Below, piece by piece: positions 47,201-56,685 of a stretch of DNA of 64,000 bases. A model generated the notes under the pieces. That model did not search any database, had not been told where the DNA came from, and worked only from the letters and a program-made list of their open reading frames with translations. How positions within the stretch are numbered: the stretch's first letter is position 1; each line of letters begins with the position of its first letter. Position numbers and translations under genes: made by a program. Source of the stretch: Lama glama (Eukaryota); assembly GCA_028534125.1 (NCBI GenBank), contig CM052824.1, forward strand, positions 60,450,001-60,514,000, written 5' to 3'.

Positions 47201-50200
47201 GCCCCTCAGCCCCAGAAACACCCTCCACAGGCTCTGCGCTCTTCTCCCCACAAAGGAGACCGCCACGGCTGAAAGCACCCACCGGCCGGAGCCGCTCTGC
47301 TGAGCTGGGCTCAGAGCCGGCCCAGGGCACCCACTAGGGTGAGGGCCAGGGCCAGGGCCAGGCTAGGCCACGCCTCCCCCGCACTGGGGTTTTAGACTTA
47401 ACGAAATTACGCCCTTTTGCCCACCACAGTGACCTCTCCTTTGATTAGGCAGCTCAAGGCAGGGGGAACGATACTGAGATTTCTCGACAATAAAATTGAT
47501 GCTAATTATCAGAGCCACTTGGCCGGCTGGAGGTCTCCCCTGCGTCCCTGGGCTCCAGAGTGTCTGCAGGGGCAGCCATGCCCACGGGCAGGGAGGCCTA
47601 GGCACCTGGGGCCACCGGGGACAACGCCTGCCTAGGGTCTGGGGTCAGGAGCTCCTGGCCAACAGGCCCTTGCTCGCGCCTCTCGGGGGCCGGCTCTGAG
47701 CTGGCCCGCCTGCAGGTCCCAGAGGCCTCCTCCAGGTGGCCTGCATGCAGCCCAGACACAGCCAGGCCTGGAGCTGGTCAGAGGGCTTTGAGGGAGCCCC
47801 CCGTGCCTAGACAGCGCACGAGAAGGAAGTCCAGCCTCCTCACAGGAGGGGCAGGGGCTTCCCAGGGCTCCCGGCCGGGGGCATTTTCTTTCTTTCTTTT
47901 TTCCCACGCTATTTATTTTCTAATACCTTTACTGTGGCATGAGTCCTGCAGAGTAAGCTGCACATAATTCAGAGGTACAACTTGATGCGTTTCGATAGAC
48001 GTCTGCACCGGTGAAACCATCAGCACAGTCGAGACTCCGTCACTAACACCTCCACCACTTTTGGGGAGGGGGCAGGAGGGAGGTAACTAGGTTTATTTGC
48101 TTCCCCCTCTTTTCTAGATGGCGGTGCTGGGGATTAAGCCCAGGACCTTGTGTGTGCTAAGTACGCACTCTACCGCTGAGCTACACCCACCCCAAGGGGG
48201 CATGTTCAAGCCAGGACTTCACAGTGGACCTTCAGGCCCCAGGAGGCAGCAAGGGCTCACACCCTCTCTGTGAGGGGCCCTCATCTCTCATCCTGCCTCC
48301 GAGGCTCATCTGAGCCCCGGGTCCTAAGACAGCCTATTGCCCAGCACAGCTTCACAGGCCTGGAAGGGGCTGCTGACCCCACAGCTGCCCTTGGAGGCAG
48401 GGGAGGCAGGGAACTGGTGGGCTGCTCTGTGGGCCTGAGCCGTCTGCCTGCTCCTCACTGCCCAGACAGGCTCTGCTCCCTGGGGCCTCCAGGAGGGGCC
48501 CTGCGAGCCCCCAGCCCAGTCCTGCTGCAGCAGTCTGAGAGCATCCTGCTCCTCCGCACAGTCCACCGTGTGCACACAGACCCGAGGCTCAGAGCAGCTG
48601 AGCATGACCTTCTGCCCATCATGAGAGCACAGGAGGGAGCCTCCAGGGGCCACGCCCGGTGGAGCAGTTGGCTGTGTGTGCAAGCGAGCGTGCGTGTGTG
48701 TGTGTCGGGGTGTGGGGCCTGGGTCATGCTCACGGAACACTCTTTCCAGGCAGCAGCAAGACAAGTGAGGACGGAGAGCAGGGTCTGCTGGCCGAGTCCC
48801 ATGAACGGGGATCCGCTGACACAGCATCGCGCATCCCCCACCCCCGTTCCAGCAAGGGTTCCAGAACGAGACAAGCTGATCACAGACAGTAAGGGCTGCT
48901 GCTCAGCTAACGGATGTGTCTTCCTAGGTGCTCACACCAGGGTAGCTGGGGGCCAGAGGCTCCGGGGATGGGAAACTGGAGCTGCGGCCCACAGGGCAGG
49001 GCCGGTGCAGCCCACGACGGCCGGGCAGCTGTAGGAGGGGCGGGAAAGGGGTGCAGCCTCCTGTGGGTGGCTTCCCTCACTGACCCCGTGCCTGCCCAGA
49101 TGGCCACTGGCCTGGGGAGGCCCTGGGAGCCGCTACAGTGGTGCCTGCACAGCTGCAAGAGGTGGCAGCCTGGGGCATCCGACCGCCCGCCCCCCGAGGC
49201 CCAGGATGGTTGGCCGAGCTGCCTCCCCCGCCCCTTGCTGCAGCTGGGACCGGGCCAGCTGCTCCTGGACACACACAGCTGCGCCCCAGGTGCCCTCGCT
49301 TGCGCAGTATCCCTGGGCCTCGGCCCCGGGCAGCCCCACCAGCCTCACCTTGAACATCTGCTTCACCCTCTGCCGGGGCAGGTTCACATTCAGCTTGTGC
49401 AGCAGCTGTAGGACCTCGCCGATGCTCAGACTGCCGTCCCCGTTCTTGTCGGCCTCGTCAAACGTCTGCTTCAGCCACTTTGGGGCCAAGTTAGGGGCCA
49501 ACGTGGGTCCAGCAGGGCCGCCACCCCCCTCTCCCCGGGCAGGAAAGAGCCCCGCCCCCAGATCCGTGGGCCAGCCAGGGCCGGGAGCCCCACCCGCGCT
49601 GGACAGGGGTGCCCGTCCTGGGGCCTGCCCTGCGCCCAAGGATATTGGTCCCTGGTGCGCTGGCGGCGCGCTAGGCTGTCCTCGTCCCGGATGCCGGCCA
49701 TGAGGTAGCGTAGGCCGGTGACCCAGGTGCGCGCCTCGTCCCTGCTGGGCGAGACCAGGTCCAGCGACTCCCGGTGGCTGCCATGGTAGATGCTGAAGCA
49801 GCAGTTGGGGTCGAAGCTGCCGTCGGGGTGGCGCTGGAAGATCTCTGACTGCCGCCCCTCGCTCACCTCCTGGATGGAGTCGATGGAGACTGCGGGCGGG
49901 GCAGGGCACAGTCACAGCCTCCCCGGGGCCAGGTGTCCCCCAGCCGCAGCCCCGCGCTGTCACAGCAGCAGCTCGGCACAAACGCCCTCTGCCCCATGGG
50001 CAGCAAGGCTGGTGCCCCCGGGGTCTCCCTTCCTGTGGGAGGCTGGGGTGCTGGGGAGGGGCGGTTCAAGGGGTCCACCAGGCAGGAGGAGGAAGAAATG
50101 CAAACCTGCTGGTGAGCCGCCTCTCCCCGCTCCACCCTGACCATCAGGTCTGCTTTCCCGCCCTTTGGGAATGTAAGACGGAGAGGAGCTGCCTCCCCCC

Positions 50201-53200
50201 GATAGCCCCCTGGGTCCCGCTTCTGCATCCAGCCAGGCCTGCGGAGTGAGGCAGCCCAGACAAGCTAATTCCATCCGTCAAGCTCGGCCAGCGTGTCTAT
50301 CCATTCCGAGCAGACAATCGCGGGCCGGTGCAGCCGAGATCCAGTGGCCACCTCAGTAATGAACTCTGGCACCAGTGGGTGGGGGGCCAGGGTGCAGCGG
50401 AGTCCAGCTTTGTGTGCACCAGCTCAGGCTCCATCAAGATTTTCATTAGCGGCCAAAGCGCCTGGGGCACGCAGAGCCTCCGTTCAGAAGCTGAATTTCC
50501 ACGAGTAGATGAGCTCAAAAGGGTGCTTCTAGGGTCTGTGCTCGTGCGCGTGGCAGGGCCCCTCGCAGATGTGTGGGCACGCGTGGCCAGCATCCTCCCT
50601 GGGAGCAGGCAGCCCGGGCTCAGCACAGCCCGGACACCCACCACACCCACCCACACCCTGCCCGTCTCCCACGCCTCACCGGGGCAAGCGTGGTACCATT
50701 CTGGGCATTACCGTGTCCAGTGCAACGACAGTGGGGCTTCCCTACTCCTGCAGTGAGGGGTGGCCTCCCCATCTGTCCTCTGCCCTCAATGCCCCCTCTC
50801 CGGGAGCTCCCGGCTCCCCTGCTCCCCCAGCCATGCAAAGCCCCCGTCCTGGAGCTGCCTTCTCCAGCTCCCTAGGTGCACCGTGTGTTCATGGCAGGGA
50901 GGCAGGGGTTCTGGGCTCCAGATTAGGGGGAGCTGACAATCAGGAAACAGCTGCCCCTACACCGTGTTCCGCCCTCTCAGGGACCCCTGGGCCAATCAGC
51001 TCTAAATTCCCAGCTCTGTTTCCCCTAGTCCCTCCTGCTGGTTTCTGCCCTATCACCCCCACCCCCAGAGAAGCCTCCATGACCTCCACCCACCAGTCCC
51101 CTCTATGCGCCATCCTGTTTTCCTCATCACTCAACACGATGTGAAGTTATCCCACGTTAGGTGGTGTCGCCCACCTCACACTCAGAGACCAGCTTCACGT
51201 CGGCCAAGTTCCCTCAGGATGTCCAAGCCAGGAGCAGTGCCCGGCACAGAGCAGGGGCACTGGCCGGGGCACAGGGGCTCCTCCTTCCTGCCTGCACAGC
51301 ACACGGCAGCTCCACCTCCCTGGGGCCCCAGGGCAGCCCCAGGCCCCTCCTCCAAGACGCCCTCCCAGGGTGCTCCAGGGTGTGGCTCTCTCCTGGGCCT
51401 GTGGCGGCGGTACCCCTAGCAACCACTGGGCTGAGGCCCTGCCCGGGCACGCCTGGGTCTCTTCAGTCGCCAAAGCCAGAGGAAGGGAGGTAGGGTCCCT
51501 TCTCCCACCTATTAGGACTGTTCTGTGTCTCCTCTTGACCCGCAGGCCCCACCGCCTGGTCCTTGCACAAATCCTCACAGCTCAGGACACCCCTGCCATG
51601 CCCCTCTAGGCAGCCCTGCAGCCTCCACAGCCCTGCCAGCTGCTCGCACCCCAGGCGGCCTGGGCCAGCACTGGGCCCCGAGGTCCCCCCCGCAGTGTGC
51701 CCAGCGGGGACCCTCTCTCTGTTCAAGAGTGGTCTCACCTCCCCAGCATGATGAAGGTCCTTCGGCCTCTCGGCCCATCACAGGGCGCGGGAGCTGCTCA
51801 GTCTCCACCAAGCACCAGAGGGCCCTGCTAGGTGGGCAGCAGGGCCGGGGCCCTCCCCCTCCCCCACCCCTTTGTCCAGGGTCACCCTGGAGCTCCGAAG
51901 CCAGCTGAGCCCAAGTGCCAGGCCCGGAGCCAGCTGGAGACTCCCCTTCAGCTGCCCAGTGGCTGCTCTGGGAGCGACCCCTGCCCCCTGGTGCTGGCCT
52001 GGCCCCCCCCGCCTCACCCCACCCCCTGAGCTCCCCACTCACTCTTGGCCTTCTCGTTCTTGCGGGAGGGCCGCCAGCGGATGCAGGAGCGATGCTCGTC
52101 CAGGAAATAGAAGCGGACCAGGCCCTTGGAGCCGCCCCGGAGCTTCACCATCTGCGTCCCCGCCTGCATGGCACTCATGCACCGCTCCACTGCGGGCCCG
52201 AGGACCCCAGCACAGGGACAGACCGGCACAGGGACAGACAGACGGGGCACCCGTGAGCACTGCAGCCGCTCCCCTGACTCACCGCAGCCTCATGCCCACA
52301 CCCTGCATGCTCAGGGGGGTGCAGAGACCACCCATCCACCCACCCCCTACCAGGGAACCAAACTCGGACCCCCAGGTGCCGGCTCAGGTCACACGTCAAT
52401 CTGGGACCCTGCTCGAGGACGAGTCCACACAGAGGGTCAGGCTGATTCTGCCCAGTTGGGCTCCAGCCGCCCTCCCGACAGTCTGGGGCCTGAGGGCCAG
52501 GAGAGGTGCCAGCCGGGCCCCTGCTCCTCCCTGGCTCTGCCTGCTTTCAGAGGCCGTCCCACCCGCCCTCCACCAGCATGACCTGCCCAAAGGCTATGAC
52601 ACACGGGAGGACACATGGACGGGGTGCAGAGCCGGCTCTCAGAGCCACTGCCTAACGAGGCCTCCGTGCCAGGTACAGCGTGGGCTCCAGGGGGGCAGCA
52701 GGCGGGCGGCAGCCATAGGCTGCTCCTGGGAGCCCGCACCCGCTTCCTGTGGCGTCCTCAGGATGGCCGCCCTCCTCCCATGTGCCACAGGGGGACCCCA
52801 CACACATCCACCCCGGAGGCCATGGCCCCGTGCAAAGGCGTGGGTCTGGGAAGGTGCGGCACCTCAAATGAGCTCCAAGCCCAAACCCTTCCCCTTCACG
52901 CGCCCACCTGCCTTTCCCCCCAACCCTTCTGTGCATCCAGCCTCCCTGCAGCTTGCTCCCAGGTCCCAGTGGAGGGGGGAGCCCACCAGGACAGCAGCAC
53001 CCGGGGCTGGAGAGGCTGCGGGGTCTGGAAGTCCAGGCCAGGGTCAGCGGACTGGGCCCAGGGACATTTCCATCCTGGCCCCATCAGGCCCTTCACAACT
53101 GCTGCAGAAAGCGCAGGACCCACGTAATGAACAGAGTAATAAAACCCACGAGGTCCCCAGTGAGGGACCCTCAGGCAGCGCTTGCCGCCCATGGGCAGCG

Positions 53201-54180
53201 CCAGCCTCAGGGGATCAGTCAGTGAGGACTTCTCGGAGGAAGCCAATCCCTGACCTTGAACCGCAGACACTGCGGAGGGTGGGGGCAGAGCAGGGAGTGG
53301 CACCCAGGGAGGCTGGGCTCCACGGGAGACTTCGGGAGGTAAGGACCCAGCACCATGGGACGCAGGCAGCAGGAGGGAGGGGTGAGGCAGGAGACAGGGC
53401 AGAGCCAGGCCCCAGAGGCCTGGAACAAGGTTCCGGAAGGTGGTGCCTGGACCAGGCCCCATCTGCCAGCTGGAACAGAGGCCCAGCGGGGCAGGAGGGC
53501 AGACCCGAACGGGCCTTCTGTGGGCCGCCCCCGCCCCCCGAGACAGACATGCCACCCTCCCGTCACCTGCCGGAGTCTCACAGCAGCCAAGGGCAGTCTG
53601 CCTGCTGCGAAGGGCCATCATGTGCTGGCCTCACCCCACCTGCGCTGAAGGTGCCACTGCTCCCAAAGAACCAGAAACCCCCCCTCAGAGAAAGCTCTGG
53701 AGTTGCCTGGCGGCCCCCAGCACATCCACCGGGGCCCCACCTGCACCCCCCTTCCCCTCGACTCCTTCACCCCCTCCTTCCCCACTGCCCGCCTGGGGTT
53801 CTGCCTCCAGGCCCGAGTCAGGGTCAGAGACGCAGGCCAGGAGATGCTGCCGGGACCCCATGACCCCAGAGGGAGACCCGAGGGGTCAGGAGGTTACAGG
53901 TTTGAGTGGGGGTGGGGTGAAAGCCCCTGGGACCTGCACACCCCAGGAGCAGCCCCCACTCACCTGGTCCCGTGACCCTGGGGCTGGGTGGGGCTCTGGC
54001 CAGGGAGGATCAGGCCAGTCCCTGTCCCAGATGACCGGGCAGGCCGGCCCCCTTACCTAGTGGGCCAAGCTGCCACCGCGGGGACACAGCCACGCTCCCG
54101 CTGACCCAGAGGAAGGCCTCTGCCAGACAGGCCACTGTTCCCTTGGTCCGGCTAGGGATAAACGGCCAGAGGACGGACAT
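27945..54180 (-). CDS. PLCH2: Phosphoinositide phospholipase C eta-2 (PH, EF-hand, X/Y TIM barrel, C2, long C-tail); about 1413 aa using the short exon-21 donor
   Basis: 22 phase-consistent exons: VERCMSAMQ...(PH), [12 protein letters not shown] (EF), SSHNTYL and HHGYTLT (catalytic His), [13 protein letters not shown] (Y), C2, ...SLLLRL*. Confidence 0.97.
29458..29485 (-). CDS. PLCH2: PLCH2 28-nt cassette exon with in-frame stop (VRN*)
   Basis: ccctag|TTAGGAACTGAGCGCAGCCAAGTGCCAG|gtaacg. Confidence 0.7.
29527..29568. repeat. 21-bp tandem duplication (cagcgtgggggtggggctggc x2)
   Basis: Read directly from the sequence. Confidence 0.85.
30774..31071 (-). CDS. PLCH2: PLCH2 exon 21, short form (long form extends to 30306)
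   Basis: [11 protein letters not shown]...[12 protein letters not shown]; donors GTAAGG after 30774 and GTAAGC after 30306, both phase 1. Confidence 0.88.
33176..33255 (-). CDS. PLCH2: PLCH2 exon 20 (C2 end)
   Basis: [18 protein letters not shown]...SGK|gtgagt. Confidence 0.93.
33666..33812 (-). CDS. PLCH2: PLCH2 exon 19
   Basis: [23 protein letters not shown]. Confidence 0.93.
34176..34260 (-). CDS. PLCH2: PLCH2 exon 18
   Basis: [17 protein letters not shown]. Confidence 0.93.
34340..34464 (-). CDS. PLCH2: PLCH2 exon 17 (C2 start)
   Basis: [14 protein letters not shown]. Confidence 0.93.
35047..35154 (-). CDS. PLCH2: PLCH2 exon 16
   Basis: [18 protein letters not shown]...GYVLKP. Confidence 0.94.
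35354..35536 (-). CDS. PLCH2: PLCH2 exon 15 (Y domain)
   Basis: VSSFSET...[26 protein letters not shown]. Confidence 0.94.
35623..35720 (-). CDS. PLCH2: PLCH2 exon 14
   Basis: [20 protein letters not shown]. Confidence 0.92.
36088..36170 (-). CDS. PLCH2: PLCH2 exon 13
   Basis: [17 protein letters not shown]...SR|gtcagt. Confidence 0.88.
36569..36655 (-). CDS. PLCH2: PLCH2 exon 12
   Basis: [12 protein letters not shown]...SFSKRK|gtctgg. Confidence 0.88.
38143..38228 (-). mobile_element. Truncated tRNA-derived SINE fragment
   Basis: T-rich tail plus ggaagcactgggtattgaacccaggacc (B-box half, same family as 17511-17684). Confidence 0.6.
40215..40373 (-). CDS. PLCH2: PLCH2 exon 11 (X-Y linker)
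   Basis: [19 protein letters not shown]...AEAKK|gtgaga. Confidence 0.88.
41398..41505 (-). CDS. PLCH2: PLCH2 exon 10
   Basis: [25 protein letters not shown]. Confidence 0.93.
41859..42030 (-). CDS. PLCH2: PLCH2 exon 9
   Basis: [12 protein letters not shown]...[14 protein letters not shown]. Confidence 0.94.
43447..43567 (-). CDS. PLCH2: PLCH2 exon 8
   Basis: [24 protein letters not shown]. Confidence 0.94.
43816..44019 (-). CDS. PLCH2: PLCH2 exon 7 (X domain start)
   Basis: [24 protein letters not shown]...GCRCVE. Confidence 0.94.
44190..44283 (-). CDS. PLCH2: PLCH2 exon 6
   Basis: [18 protein letters not shown]...GID|gtgagt. Confidence 0.92.
46239..46409 (-). CDS. PLCH2: PLCH2 exon 5
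   Basis: [16 protein letters not shown]...EVEQK|gtgcgg. Confidence 0.93.
47885..48050 (-). mobile_element. Ancient L1 3' end fragment (L1MC-like)
   Basis: T-rich tail, then ...ctgcacataattcagaggtacaacttgatg...gtgaaaccatca, typical of L1M 3' ends. Confidence 0.55.
48058..48193 (-). mobile_element. tRNA-Ala-derived SINE (Vic-1-like)
   Basis: Shares ggaggtaactaggtttattt and ...ctaagtacgcactctaccgctgagctacaccc with the copy at 17511-17684. Confidence 0.82.
49349..49478 (-). CDS. PLCH2: PLCH2 exon 4 (EF-hand)
   Basis: [21 protein letters not shown]...QMFK|gtgagg. Confidence 0.92.
49479..49645 (-). other. PLCH2: U12-type (minor spliceosome) intron, AT-AA ends
   Basis: 5' splice site ATATCCTT; branch site CCCCTAAC about 12 nt from the 3' end; frame requires the intron to end ...CCCCAAA. 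Confidence 0.85.
49646..49889 (-). CDS. PLCH2: PLCH2 exon 3 (PH), followed by U12 donor ATATCCTT
   Basis: [11 protein letters not shown]...[11 protein letters not shown]...RTRD. Confidence 0.92.
52043..52189 (-). CDS. PLCH2: PLCH2 exon 2 (PH)
   Basis: [23 protein letters not shown]...RKNEKAK|gtgagt. Confidence 0.93.
54057..54180 (-). CDS. PLCH2: PLCH2 first coding exon
   Basis: [26 protein letters not shown]...WQLGPL|gtaagg; phase 1 joins the next exon. Confidence 0.8.
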
Positions 54181-56411
54181 GCCTCGATGATGGCCAAGGG
54201 TGTGCTCCCGGAGGCCAGAGAGGGCCAGCACCCCCCACCCCACCTCAGCAGCAGATCAGCCAGTGGAGGGCAGTCCCCTTCTCTCCTCTGCTTCTTCCTC
54301 CCCTTCACTGCCCTCTGAGGCCCCCGAAGGGCTGCTCCCAGGCCCCTCTGGCATTGACCCAACTATCACCTGCTGTCCCAAACGGCCCCCAGGACAGTCC
54401 ACCCGCCCACGCAGCCGGGCCACAGGGGGGTCCCAGCAGAAGCAGCATCCCAGGGTCTGGAGGCGGGGGAGCCACAGTGCCTCAGCCCGCCCCGCCCATC
54501 CTTTGCCCAATCCCCTGCATTAATCCAAGCCTGGATGCAGCCCAGCTGGCCAGAGGATTTAGGCCAAGGGAATTCCCAGCTGGGGACCAGGAGGGGACTG
54601 GGCAGGTGGCAGTGTCGTCCAAGGCCCCAGGCCACCAGCCCCCACACCCCGGCTGAGTAACGACAGGCCGGACAGATGGGTGGCCTCCCTGAGGACCCAA
54701 AGAGCACATCTGTGAGGCCTGGGGAGACGGTCCTCATGGGAGCCCATTGGGGGCGGCCTGGCCTCCCCACCATCCTCTCCACACTGATGCCCTGCACCAT
54801 CGCCGCCCAAGCCCCAGGAGAAGCCTCTGCTCTCACCCCACCTCTGCGGTACTCACGGGGAGCTCTGAGTGGGCTCCCCAAGACCCTGTGGGCCAGGAGT
54901 TGAGACAGAGCAGCAGTATCCTGCCCCCCTCGCCCCCGCTCCCCGCGGGCTGGAGACCCGGAGCCGAGTTGGGGTGGGGCTGCCTGGCCAGGCCTGTCTG
55001 ACCCAGGGAGGACCCAGGCCGCGCTGGGCCCCTTTCAGCTGTGACTCCCAGCACTGGCTGAAGGGTGCGGGTCCCCCAAGCCTGGGGGTAGCCGTCCCTG
55101 CCTCCCTCACCCAGCCCCAGGACCCGGACGGGTAGCTGCAGCCCCCAGACTCTGCTGTTCATCACAGAATGCTGCCCCCAGGGGCTGGGCTGGCCTGGGC
55201 CCGCTGCCCTCCTCATGACCGACCGGGCCTGGAGGAAGCGGACCGGACCCAGGGTGGACGTGCCTGCTTCCAGCAAACCAGACACAAGGGCCAGTCAAGG
55301 CCACACCAGCTAAGGCCCACACAAGGGCAGCTGAGGGCAGCAGAGCCCAGAAGGAGCCGTCTGCCCTGTGGGCAGCTCTGGGGCAAGCAGGGGAGACAGA
55401 GAGGGTGATAACACCCTCCTCTCGTGGGCCAGGGGCCGCTGGGTATCCCAGACTCCCAGGGAAGGCCTGCCTGGCATACAGTGACCCAAGGCCGGAGGGG
55501 CAGGACCCCACCCCAGTCACAGCAGCTGACAGCAGCAAGGACGGGAACCTTGTCCCCAGAGCCTCAGGGTCCTCCTGCCGCTGAGCCCACGAGCCCCCAG
55601 CCCCCCGGAGCCCCCTCCCGAGCACCACAGGTGCAGCACAGGTCCCTGTGTCCCCAGCAGCCTGTAGCAGTGCTGGGTTTGCAAGCCCCCATCCTCATGC
55701 CATGAACCCCACCGCTCCTGGGCTGTGCTGAGACAGGGGCAGTCACCTTGCCCTCCCCAGCACAGAGGGGAGGGGCAGGGGCCCAGGCCACAGAGCCAGG
55801 GACGGGAGGCACCAGAGGCCGGCAGCCTGGGACACTGGCTGAAGTCCGAGGTCAGGGAGGGAGGTGGCAGCAGGCTCTCAGGAGACAGCGATATGCCGTC
55901 TGGGCTGACCANNNNNNNNNNNNNNNNNNNNNNNNNNNNNNNNNNNNNNNNNNNNNNNNNNNNNNNNNNNNNNNNNNNNNNNNNNNNNNNNNNNNNNNNN
56001 NNNNNNNNNNNNNNNNNNNNNNNNNNNNNNNNNNNNNNNNNNNNNNNNNNNNNNNNNNNNNNNNNNNNNNNNNNNNNNNNNNNNNNNNNNNNNNNNNNNN
56101 NNNNNNNNNNNNNNNNNNNNNNNNNNNNNNNNNNNNNNNNNNNNNNNNNNNNNNNNNNNNNNNNNNNNNNNNNNNNNNNNNNNNNNNNNNNNNNNNNNNN
56201 NNNNNNNNNNNNNNNNNNNNNNNNNNNNNNNNNNNNNNNNNNNNNNNNNNNNNNNNNNNNNNNNNNNNNNNNNNNNNNNNNNNNNNNNNNNNNNNNNNNN
56301 NNNNNNNNNNNNNNNNNNNNNNNNNNNNNNNNNNNNNNNNNNNNNNNNNNNNNNNNNNNNNNNNNNNNNNNNNNNNNNNNNNNNNNNNNNNNNNNNNNNN
56401 NNNNNNNNNNN

Positions 56412-56685
56412 GGGGGGTGTGAGCACAGCTCAGGGAGGGGGAGTGTGAGCACAGCTCGGGGACGGGGGTGTGAGCACAGCTCGGGGAGGGGGGTGTGAGC
56501 ACAGCTCGGGGAGGGGGGTGTGAGCACAGCTCGGGGAGGGGGTGTGAGCACAGCTCGGGGAGGGGGGTGTGAGCACAGCTCAGGGAGGGGGGGTGTGAGC
56601 ACAGCTCAGGGAGGGGGGTGTGAACACAGCTCAGGGAGGACGGTGTGAGCACAGCTCAGGGAGGGGGGTGTGAACACACAGCTCG
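56412..56685. repeat. G-rich minisatellite, ~25-bp unit GGGGGGTGTGAGCACAGCTC(A/G)GGGA, about 11 visible copies, abutting a gap
   Basis: Read directly from the sequence; array runs into the 500-N gap. Confidence 0.95.

Noticed and set aside
51872-53863. 663-aa plus-strand ORF
   Set aside because: Antisense to PLCH2 exon 2 and intron 1, low-complexity Pro/Gly/Arg/Ala, no recognisable domain; long ORFs are expected by chance at this GC content.
56412-56685. CRISPR-like palindromic repeat array
   Set aside because: No unique spacers, no cas genes and a mammalian context; it is a minisatellite.
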